The notes under the pieces: generated by a model
The model's input: only the letters and a program-made list of their open reading frames with translations
The model's database searches: none
What the model was told of the DNA's origin: nothing
DNA from: Octopus sinensis
Taxonomy: Eukaryota
Direction of reading: 5' to 3'
Assembly: GCF_006345805.1 (NCBI RefSeq)
Contig: NC_043015.1
Location: 38,564,001-38,628,000, forward strand
Length of the DNA stretch: 64,000 nucleotides
In this document: positions 37,579-48,720 of the stretch, in pieces
Layout: each line of letters opens with the position of its first letter
How positions within the stretch are numbered: position 1 is the first letter of the stretch
Made by a program: the position numbers and the translations under genes

Positions 37579-40399
37579 ATGGCAGAGTGATGACACACAG
37601 AGGAAATGAAAGAAGAATGATGAGTAATGACTGAAGTAAATTAATGAAGATGGGAAATGATTAGATTAACCTAAAAGAATGAATAGTTAATTTAATGCCA
37701 CGGGTCATTATAGTAAAAGACAGCTGAAGACACACAGGTATTGCTGACTGCTTTAAGACAAAGCTGCTGACATTATGCAAATGAGACATGATGGAGGTGG
37801 AGTACGAAAGATTACCTGGGTATGATTGAGATGTAGTGTGATTACCTGGTTACAGATAGTGTTGCACTAGTGATTACTTGGTCAAAAATTAAAATTAACA
37901 ATATCATCATCATCATCATTTAACAGGAACTGGCCAGCTGGGGAACTGTGCAAGTTCCAACTGTCTATTTTGGCATGGTTTCTGTCTGGATGCCAGCATA
38001 CTGGGTGCTTTTCTGTGGCACCAGCATGGGCCCTTTTTCATGACACCAGCACAGGTGCTTTTTTTGTGGAACCAGTATGAGTATTTATGTGGCACTGACA
38101 CAGACACCTTTATGTGGTACTGGCTTGGGGCACTAGCACACGTGATACCAGTATGAGAGCCCCCAAGGGAAGGACCTCTTGGCTGTGATAGTTAAAGTGT
38201 TGCTGTTGTGATCGCTTGGTCAGAGTTTCAATATGTGGATAGTGTTGATGTATTATAGTAGTATTATTTAGTCAAGTGTTCAGACTAATTTGTGGGACCC
38301 TGTGACCCCTGGAGGGCCATATAAGAATGTTGGGGGTCCACGCAAGCAAAATAGTAAATTGGGGATTCACAGTAGTATTTTAAGGGTTTATGAATATATT
38401 TTGCTTTTATATGTATTTAATGGTGGAGGCGCGTGGCTTAGTGGTTAGGGTGTCAGCACCACTCAGCTGGTAAAAATGAGTAACGCTGTGATGGACTGAC
38501 GTCCCATCCAGCTGGGGAACACATACGTCATAGAAACCGGGAAAGTGGGCCCATAAGCCAGGCTAGGCTTTAAAAGGGCGAAAAAGAAAAAAAAAGAAAA
38601 TGTATTTAATGCAAGAAACAGTGGGGTTTCTTTCTTTGACATTCTACATTGTTTAACAAGTTTCTGGCCCCTGGAATATGTTCTCTTAGAGGGTGCTATT
38701 TCAAACCTACAGAAGTGAATGGATGAAAAACAAAATAGAAATTCCAAAGGAAGGATCTATAAAACTGGTTTCTTTTAACATGGAATGGCTATAGGGGTCT
38801 ACCAGAATAAAATAATAACCAAAGGGGTCCAGAGATAAAAAAATTGGCTGAGAACCTCTGCCCCAGGGGATAAGTGCAATATGAGACTAGAGGAGTGAAA
38901 GGAGCCAGTCAGCACAGACGTGAGGCAAGCTAACTCCAAGAAGCAAATACCATTGTAATTAGATGTAGTAGAGAAGGCAGAGAGAGGAAAGGAGAAGCCT
39001 GCATTTATGAGGGAGCAATGCCATGTTAATCAGTCAAGTTTGGACAAAATATTGGATTGTCAGATGAAATCGGTTTTCTTTCATTTATTTTTAACTATTT
39101 CCAATGTTATTTGAATCAACACAAAGAAATGATTCTTTTTTTGGAGCAGTGAATCTCAAAGCATGTAAATAACACCACCACCACCACCACCATCATATAA
39201 CATCTGTTTTCCATGCTGGCATGGGTTGAAAGGTGTTTTTGGACATAAAAAGTCAAAGGGCTGCCTGTAGGGCTTGAACCTATATCTCCTGTAGACCCAA
39301 TATTTGCATGCTATCATTTACAGCTTTATGTGTTTCAAGATCCACTGTTCCAAAAAAAAAAGGAAACAAAAAGAATTATTTCCTGTTCTCTTGAAAGTTA
39401 ATAAATTCTTAAGTGAAAAAATATTTTTATCATTTTATGATTTTTGGCAGTTCGATTTTGTTGTCTTCAATCTATGTTTATCATTTTTGAAATTTGAGTA
39501 AATTTTACCTCTTTTCAGACATTTGATGACACAGTGCAGAGTATAGAAAAAAAGAAGAAGAGAAAAGAAGTGAATGAATTTATACTGGCACATGTGCTGG
39601 TGGCACATGTGCTGGTGGCACATGAAAAACAACATTTGAGCATGGTCGTTGCCAGTGCCGCCGAACTGGCTCCCATGCAGGTAGCACATAAAAAACACCT
39701 TTTGAGCATGGTCTTTGCCAGAGCCGCCTGAGTGGCCCTCAGCCCTCATGCCAGTGGCACAAAAAAGCACCCACTACACTCTCAGAGTAGTTGGCATTAG
39801 GAAGGGCATCCAGCTGTAGAAACATACCCAGATCAGACTGGTGCCTGGTGCAGCTTTCTGGCTTACCAGTCTTCAGTCAAACCGTCCAACCCATGCCAGC
39901 ATGGAAAGTGGACATAAAACGACAGCAATGATGATTAAGATATATTTGTCCCACCCATGTGAGCATGGGAGTCAGACGTTAAAGACGATGATGATGATGA
40001 TATATATATATACATGTTTAATATACAAATGTTTGTATATATGTATACAGACACACAGTAGGCACACATGCATATATATGTGTGCATGTGTATATATGTG
40101 CATATATATATATACACATTCAACTAAAAGATTACAACCCTATCTGATTATTCAAATGCCTAAATTCTGTGCATGTACATATATTTACTTGACTGCTCAC
40201 CTTTATCAATGGTTTCTCCCATTATTTATAAAGCTGTTGGCATCTTTGAAGACACAGGTATGCTAGTATAATATATTCCACGCTTAAAATAAATGTAATT
40301 TTTTTAGCAACGTTTTTGCATATTTATCTGCACAAATACAAAAGGGAAGAGTGAGGTCATTGTCCCCATTCCAGCAGCAGACAAATGCATGAAATACCA

Positions 40400-41085
40400 G
40401 TTTGAAATTTAAGTACAAGGCTAGCGAGCTTGGGAGAAGGGGTAAGTTGATAACATTGACCCCAGTAGTCGACTGGTACTTATTTTTATTGATCCCGAAA
40501 GGATGAAAGGCAAGGTTGACCTCAGTGGAATTTGAACTCAAAATGTAAAGATGAACAAAATGCCACTAAGCCATTTTGCCCAGCATGCTAACCATTCCGC
40601 CATCTCACCACTTTGCAGACATGCAAAATGCTTAAAATTCTGGCACAGGCCAGTAAGTGCGGGAGGTAGGGGTGGGGGAGAGGACAGAGCCTTACGTTGA
40701 TCCCTGTACTCAACAGGTATTTATTTTATTGACCCCGAAACGATGAAAGACAAAGTCAATCTTGGCACAATTTGAACTCAGAACATAAAGATGAGTGAAA
40801 CGACACAAAGCATTTAGCCCAGTGTTGCTAACGATCCTGCCATCTCGTTACCGTGCAGACACATAAAATAATACTTTTAAATCTCAGCACAAGGCCAGCA
40901 AGTTTGGGGGAGGGGAGTAAGTCAGTTACATCGACCCCAGTATTCGACTGGTACCTATTTTATCAAACCTGAAAGGACGAAAGGCAAAGCTGACCTCAGC
41001 GGAATTTGAACCCAGAACATAAAAATGACTGAAATGCCACCAAGCATTCTGTCTGGCATGTTAACAATTCTTCCAGCTCACTGCC
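40400..41085 (-). mobile_element. Three head-to-tail family A SINE copies. Similar clusters at ~8350-8775 (2 copies) and ~14550-15135 (3); singles at ~42963-43165(+) and 50775-50962(-)
   Basis: Three successive ACTGGTAC.TA...GA.CCCGAAAGGATGAAAGGCAAAG..GACCTC.GCGGAATTTGAACTCAGAAC blocks. Confidence 0.8.
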
Positions 41086-41775
41086 TTGAAGATCCATAAA
41101 ATACTGCTGTGTGTTTAATACGTTGTTACAACAGCAATAAAGTGCAGAGTTATGTGTATTCACAGTAATTAGTGCATGAACATAAGTGTCATTTGAAGAC
41201 CTCAGAAAGTCTGTGAATATTTGCTACACACTACATAAATACTCTCATACTACACAATCAGCTTACAGTAATATATATAATATTAGGGAATATAACTCCA
41301 AGCTTACAGGGAAAAATTCAATTTAGAAATACTAAATCAAATATTAATTATGTTATTTTGCACATTACTTAATCATCATTATATTTTTTCTTATATTTAA
41401 TATTTCTATTATATGTAATTTTCTAGATGGTGTAATTTAATTTTTCATTTTGAATTGATAAAAGGTGTTTTTTTCTAATTCATATATATATATATATATT
41501 ATATTAGGGAGTATAACTCCAAACTTACAGGGAAAAATTCAATTTAGTATTAAATCAAATTTCACAATATAAATACATAAATATATAAATTAGAGAAAAA
41601 CCACTATTATGCAATTCAAACAATGATAGACATAAACCAAATCATAAATAAAAAAGTAAAATATATTTTTTAAAACATATAATTAGATCACTGCCTTGAA
41701 GATACATAAAATATATATTGATAATTCATTTTTGTACTTTTTGTGATCTACTTGCTATGCAAGTACATCTCCATA

Positions 41776-41823
<48 letters not shown>

Positions 41824-43167
41824 CAGGGATGTGAATTATTTTCTAAAAGGCAGTGTTCCAGCATGGCCACAGTCTAATGACTGAAACAAGTAAAAGAATA
41901 TATATATATCTTTTATCTTTTACTTGTTTCAGTCATTAGACTGTGGCCATGCTGCGACACTACTTTGAAGAATTTCTAGTTGAACGGTTCGACCCCAGTA
42001 CATTTTTGTAAGTCTGGTACTTATACTATTGGTCTCTTTTGCTGAACTGCTAAGAGGATGTAAACAAACCAACACAGGTTGTCAAACGGTAGTGGGGACA
42101 AACACACACACACACATATATATATATCATTCAATCATTTTTATGCCCATTTTTCCAAGCCCATGTTAGCTTGTCTTAGTTTTGTCAATTGTATCTCCAC
42201 ATCCAGTGCTAGGAATGTTACTTTTTTTGGCACCGAAAGAAACAGTATTGTGATTGTCGGAAAGAGAACAATTTTTAATACCTTCCCAAAAAGGAATGAA
42301 TGTAAAAGGAAGAATGCAGACCGGAAACAAACGTGCAATAAAGAACAATCGTTGAATGGCCAAAGTGCTTGAAATGCAGGAACTGGCTAACATCTATAAA
42401 AAAAGGGGTCTCGCTCCATAAAGAACGGTAGAAATTTTATAAAGAAATGAACAGCTGTCTGCAACCCATGGAAAGGACATTTCGAAGACTTGCTTAATTG
42501 TGACTGGGGAGTTAACGAAAGATCTCTGGACAACATTGTTGGAAGGAAACCAATGATGAGAAACTGAGCAGCAACGTCTGACATTTCAGGAATCTAAAAA
42601 AGTCATTAATTCCTTCTAAAAACCCCCAAAAGCCATCCAAATCTAATGATATTCTGGTTGAGATGTATTGAGATGGATACGGAGAGTATGAAATAAGGCT
42701 TCATGCAATCTTTCCGTTAATCTGGATGTGAGAAAAGATCAGCTGGTTTTAGAGATGTAACCATTGCAACCATTCAACAAGGGAGACAAATCAGATTATA
42801 GCAACTGAAGAGGAGGCTGGTTTTTAACTGCTGAAAAAACTCTGTCATGGTTTCTAGGGCCAGAAGCCCTTCCTAAAGCCAACAATTTTATGGAGAGTGC
42901 TGGGTGCTTTTTATGTGCCATGAGTGCATTTTATGTGGCACTATAATATATGTATATATTAAAAGGCAGCGAGCTGGCAGAAACATTAGCATGCCGGGTG
43001 AAATGCTTAGTGGTATTTCATCTGTCTTTACGTTGTGAGTTCAAATTCCACTGACTTTGACTTTGCCTTCATCATTTCGGGGTCAATAAATTAAGTACCA
43101 GTTGCATACTAGAGTCAATCTAATTGACTGGCCCCCCTTGCCCAAAATTTCAGGCCTTGTGCCTAAA

Positions 43168-43212
<45 letters not shown>

Positions 43213-44399
43213 CATTATCATTATTTAAAATCTGCCTTCCATGCTGGCATGGGTTGGACAGTTTGACAGGAGCCTGCGTGGATTTTGCAGTCTGGATCTC
43301 ATCAGGTACATTGATAAAGTTATGTTTCACTACAAATTTTTCGTGTCATCTGCCTCATTGCTATACACCCATCAAGTTAGGGAAATGAATAGAAGCAAAT
43401 AAGACAGTATATAATTACACACACACATCTATAAAGAGAGAGTGAGGTGGATAGATATTTGTTCACAATATATTATTATATATATTCATTCGCATTATAT
43501 ACGTACATACTCACTCAAATTATATTTGGAAGGCTCATGGGAATTAGTCACCTGCTTACGTTACCTAGACACCTAATTAGCAGTGGATATTAATTTTTGG
43601 AAATCATAGACTATAAACTACGAAAGGGGTTGGAAAGTTGAGGAAACTGTTATGTCTTCTGGTATTCAAAAGGAATCAGTATTCAAAGGAAGGGGAGATT
43701 GTGAGATATTTATGTATGAAGTGCAAATGTTGCATAGAAGCAAAGCATGGTTGCTGAATGTGGAGACTGGATGAATGCTGGGAAGAAATGGGAAGAAATA
43801 AGGCAAGTATGGATTGCTGAATGTATAATGTTAGTGTTCATGAATGATAGAGCACAGAGGAGCTAGGAGAGGGATTAGGTGTGAGCTAAATCAGATATAG
43901 TGTGCAAGTGAGAAAGCTGTGTTGGCACTGATATGTAATGCAAAAGAAAGATAATATATTGGTAAAGAAGTAGTGAGTGGAAGGAAAACATGGATGAGAA
44001 AGACCAAGGAAGACATGGGACGATGTAGTGAAAGCTGATCCTATAGTGATGGTGAAAATGAGTTTTAGGAGTTAGGGTGTGTGTAACTAAGATTACGAAG
44101 CTAGAGGTGAGGAGGTAATGTGAATCCTCCACCTAACCTTGAGCAGGGAAATAAGAAATCATCGTTCCATCCCCAAGCACTCTACCACATTTCCAACGAT
44201 GTGATTCTTATGAAGGTAATGGCAATTTGCAAGACAAAGTGGCAGGGAAAGACCCGTCGAACCCACATGAATGGATAAACAAGCATTAAAATGATTACTC
44301 TCTCTCTCCCTCAATTGTGCATATCTGTGCGTGTGTAAGTGTTGTGTATGTGTGTATGTATGTATGTATATTACTGGTATATATTAATATATATTACAG

Positions 44400-44556
44400 C
44401 TATTACTGGTAAAGGTTTTCGCTGCCAATTCTGTACAAGACATTGTAGATCTTTAGCTGGGCTAAAAAGTCACATTCGATCACAGAACCAGCAACAGTTA
44501 AGCTTCGTGCAATGGCCATACTCGATAACGAGGGGGCAGCCATCATCATCATCATC
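44400..44556 (+). mobile_element. 3' end of an RTE-clade LINE with C-terminal C2H2 finger and (CAT)n tail
   Basis: GFRCQFCTRHCRSLAGLKSHIRS is followed within ~60 nt by ...GGCAGCCATCATCATCATC, typical of RTE ORF2 ends. Confidence 0.7.
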
Positions 44557-44764
44557 ATATTATTAATATATACTTTGCATGTACCATATCCTTGAGTTGT
44601 TGTTTTCCCCCACTTTTTTGGATTATGTATGTGTGTGTGTGAAAAACCCTCCTTTACTTTGGAGGGTTCCAAAGGGTGATTTCTAACGAAGATTCTTCAT
44701 AATCTGCTAGTAGCTTACTGGCATAAGATTTTTGCGAATATCAAAAAATATTACGTGTATCTAT

Positions 44765-44967
44765 GGTGTGTTATGAGAATTCACAGAAAGGTAACCCATA
44801 AAAACTCAAGAAACATGTTAAAAATGGAGGAGAAGTTAAAAGAAGATGTTAAAATTTGAAAGAATTTTAAAATTCATTAAAATTCTTTCAAATTTCAACA
44901 TCTTCTCCATTTTTAACGTTTGTTGAGTTTTTATGAGATAATTTTCTATAAATTCTTATAACACACC
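44765..44967. repeat. ~200-bp imperfect palindrome (fold-back)
   Basis: Nested inverted blocks GGTGTGTTATGAGAATT/AATTCTTATAACACACC, ATAAAAACTCAA/TTGAGTTTTTAT, GTTAAAAATGGAG/CTCCATTTTTAAC, and a central AAATTTGAAAGAATTTTAA/TTAAAATTCTTTCAAATTT. Confidence 0.8.
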
Positions 44968-45021
44968 AGTTATATATACACACCCATCTTCGTCTTGTAT
45001 TTTTTTTTTGTAAATTCTCAC

Positions 45022-45092
<71 letters not shown>

Positions 45093-46147
45093 GGGAGTAT
45101 AACTCCAAACTTACAGGGAAAAATTCAATTTAGTATTAAATCAAATTTCACAGTATAAATATATAAAATATGAATTATGCAACTCAAACAGTGTGGCTTA
45201 TGTCTATCACTGTTTGAGTTGCATAATAGTAGTTTTATCTCTAATTCATATTCTACATATATATATATACACATGCGCGCGCGATATGTGCGTGTAGGAG
45301 AGAGAGAGAGAATGAGTGGCGCTCCAGTTAGGATGTTTGACGCACTAAAAACTATTTAGAGCGTCAAAAATCCAAATTTCTTTGGATTGTGTTCGTAGAT
45401 TTACAATTCAGCAATAAATAAATAAATGAATAAAATTATAAACGGGTGGCGCATTTTTGTTTCCCCCACCCCGACCCCGCCTTCGGAATTCTTTAAGTTT
45501 GACGTTTTTTTTCTTTTTTTTTTCGAAAACATTTCCAGATTTAGTACGTTTAAATATTTGTTGTGCAAGATTTTTCCAGATTTGTTTTCAAAAGTTTTTG
45601 CATATTTTTGAAGAATCTGAATTAATGATATTTAAGGCAAAAATCGGAGAAAAAAAATTTCAAGAGAAAATCGAAATAGAAAAGTTACGGATGGAGGCAC
45701 CACCACCGCCGCCACGCCCAGTATATATATATTTTTTATCTTATTCCATCTTCTATTTGCAGAATTGTAATCCAACGATGTTTAAAACATTCACATTCAA
45801 TAAGGTACAACTTTCAGTGTACCAGATAACTTGGACTCTTCTTCAGGAATGTCATACATACATACATACATGCATGCATACACGTATGTATATATGTATG
45901 TATGTATGTATGCATGTATGTATGTATAAGTCATAATGGAAAGAAAGGCGCACAGAGAAGGGGCATATTGTCATAAAAAGTAATAAAAGACAATAAAAAA
46001 TGTTAAAAACAAGTAGAAATATATATATTATTAAAACGTCTCTGTATACATTATATACCAATATATTATATATATCCGTTAGTGATGTCTTTTAAACTTA
46101 AATATAAATACGTGGGTGCATATATATATATATATATATCAACAAAT

Positions 46148-46189
<42 letters not shown>

Positions 46190-46886
46190 ACAGATCAATA
46201 TATTGATCTTTCATCTTTCATCATGTCAATCAGTTGAAACATTGTGTATATCATTGATGGGAAATTGTGCTGAGATGGGAGAGGGCAATTAAGGTGTGGC
46301 TCTGTGTGTGTGTGTGTGTGTAGATAGACAGAGAGACAGATAGATAGATAGATAGATACGTGTGTGTGTGTGTACCAATGTAAATTTATATTTACTGATT
46401 GTATTAATATGTTAAATATAGTTACAGACACAGAGCTTGTGATTACGATTATATTTAGGGAAATTCATAGCTATGTATGCGTGATGTGTTGTGTTTGCAT
46501 ATAGTGTGATTGCTAAGTATCAAAATTGAGTGTTGGACAGGTCTTGTAAATACTTGTTGAATATATATTGATAGTAATCTCTGTCTAATTTTTGTAGATC
46601 TGTGTGTGTGCATAAGTGTCCTTATAAACCTATAAGACACTTAACTTCGCAAGTATGTATGTTTCAGTATGGGTACAAAAATGCATGCACGAAAACATCA
46701 CAAAATAAAGCTACGTTAATCAACTTGCTTATTAATTTTTGACAGTTAGGATCATCACAGACATCACCATATTTTGGTGGGAAAAAAATGTTTTACCCCT
46801 TAATTTAAGTAAAATTAAAAGAAATAATTAAACAACATACACACGCACACACCCTGTCTCACACACATGCATACACACATTTCCTC

Positions 46887-47276
46887 TTAATATAACAAGC
46901 CGTGAAAAAGCTCCACTTGGTCCCAAGCAGAGGTGACAGCGTATATACATGAACCAGGGTCCTGTGAAGATCCTTGTGCTAAGATGAGGCCATGAGCTAA
47001 TAAATAGCAGACAAGTAAGTCCGAATCGTGGACGGCAATTAATGTGTCGCTGCGCACTTGCAGTAGTCTGTAGGTTGTGCCGTCCATAGTCACTGAACTT
47101 ACTGGATGAGAAGAAGTCCTGGGAAAACACTTATAAAGGGTCTCAATTTCCTTCGGAGACAAGTCCAACATTTCTCCGAAATGAGAAAGAAGTTGTCCTT
47201 CCAAGTCGAATACAGCGACATATTTAATTTTTTTAGATTCTTTTAATATTTGAACGAGTTTTGCCGACCAAGACAT
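46887..47276 (-). CDS. Profilin-family protein, profilin-4-like, single coding exon, 129 aa
   Basis: ACC-ATG start at 47276 (the ORF-track start at 47291 is a GTG). Begins MSW like profilins. VAVFDLEG beta-strand, VTMDGTTYRLLQV ~ LYFKGKDYRCVRA, PGSCIYAVTSAWD ~ YPSICVEATESLGD of PFN4. Length typical of profilins; TAA at 46887-46889. Confidence 0.8.
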   Translation of the reverse strand: MSWSAKLVQILKESKKIKYVAVFDLEGQLLSHFGEMLDLSPKEIETLYKCFPRTSSHPVSSVTMDGTTYRLLQVRSDTLIAVHDSDLLVCYLLAHGLILAQGSSQDPGSCIYAVTSAWDQVELFHGLLY

Positions 47277-47568
47277 GGTGTATTCCTTCACAATGAATCA
47301 AGGTGGTTGTTGCTTTTACGAGAAAAAAATTTTTTTTCACAATAATCCACATAAAAGATTTTCTTCCGTTTATGTTAACCAGTTCCTCCTTTCTTTCTTA
47401 AATGCGTTTTTTCTTATAATTTCTCCAGTTTCTTAATTGCAATCCTTTTTCTTTCTCAAATATACATTCGGTTATTTTTCAATTTGATTTCCTCATTTTC
47501 TCCTTCTCTTTACGCTCCATCTCAAGGTGTTTAAAGTATGCAATCCTATAGAGACTGACGGGTGTATA

Positions 47569-47606
<38 letters not shown>

Positions 47607-47698
47607 TTTGTGGTCTCTTCTTTGTTAAAATTTATTTCCTTGGAATCATAGAGAACGGCTTGCTTGTTCTATCGCGTCAAGTATTTCTCTGTTGTGTA

Positions 47699-47731
<33 letters not shown>

Positions 47732-48049
47732 ATATATAACACTAATTAATACAATTATAGAACGTTATATTTTAATATATATATAACGTAATGTGTTAAC
47801 TGTTTCCTCATCAATGCTATTTTTTCTCCTCTCTTATCAAAAACATTGTTCGATAAATCCGAAATGTCAAACAGTAAAGCTTTCCGTAATCAGAGATAAT
47901 GTTTGTAATGTCGAGGAATTTACGTGCTCTGTTTGCTTATATTTGTTTTCAAAGTGAGTAAAAGAGAGGCGATGGGACCAATTACGAGTCCCAAAACATC
48001 TTCGTTAGCCGAGTTTAAACGACATAACTTCTGGAGTGTTGTATTTAGG

Positions 48050-48720
48050 GGAAGGTGGGAAGAGAGAAAAAAGTTTGGGATGAGAAAGTCAGAGAAAGGC
48101 AAAGTGAAGGAGAGGAAGTGAGAGAGAGTGAGAGTTTACAGAAGTGAGAGAGAGAGGGGGATAAATAATAAGAATTAGTGGGGGAAAGAGAGTGAGAAGT
48201 GTTAGAGAGGGGGAGGAGTTAAAAATGAAGAGAAAGAGGTGAAAAAATAGACTGGATTGAAAGTGTGTGGTTGAGGGCGAATGAGTGACTTTTTTTAGGA
48301 GAGAAAGTGGAAGGCGAGAGAAATAAAGAAAGTTAGAAGCTAAGGAAGAGAAAGGAAAAAGTGAAAAAGTGGGAGAATGAGAGAAGGGTGCAATGTGAAA
48401 GAGAGAGGCAGTGAAACAGTGAATGGGGGGTAAAGGTGGAGGCGAACAAAAGAATGTTATAAGCTGGGTCGAGAGAGAAGAGGAAGAAGAAATAGGAAAC
48501 CTGAGAGAGGAGGAATGAAAACTGAAGGAAGAGAGAGAGAGAGAGGGGGTGGAGCGAAGCAAATAATATCTTTAGAAGAGAAAAAGAGGGCAAAAGTGAG
48601 AGAAAGTGTAAAGAATGTGGTAAAACGGGAACGGGAGGAAAGCAAATTGTATGAGAGGAGTTTCAGAGGTGCAGCTTGAAGAAAGGGGAGGAGGAGGTGG
48701 TGGTGGTAGAAAAGTTCCGT
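48050..48720. repeat. Purine-rich (GA) low-complexity tract upstream of the profilin-like gene
   Basis: About 670 bp of strongly A/G-biased plus strand. Confidence 0.85.

Noticed and set aside
44339-44566. C2H2 zinc-finger host gene
   Set aside because: It is a single finger followed immediately by an RTE-type 3' end and (CAT)n tail, so it is the end of a LINE ORF2.
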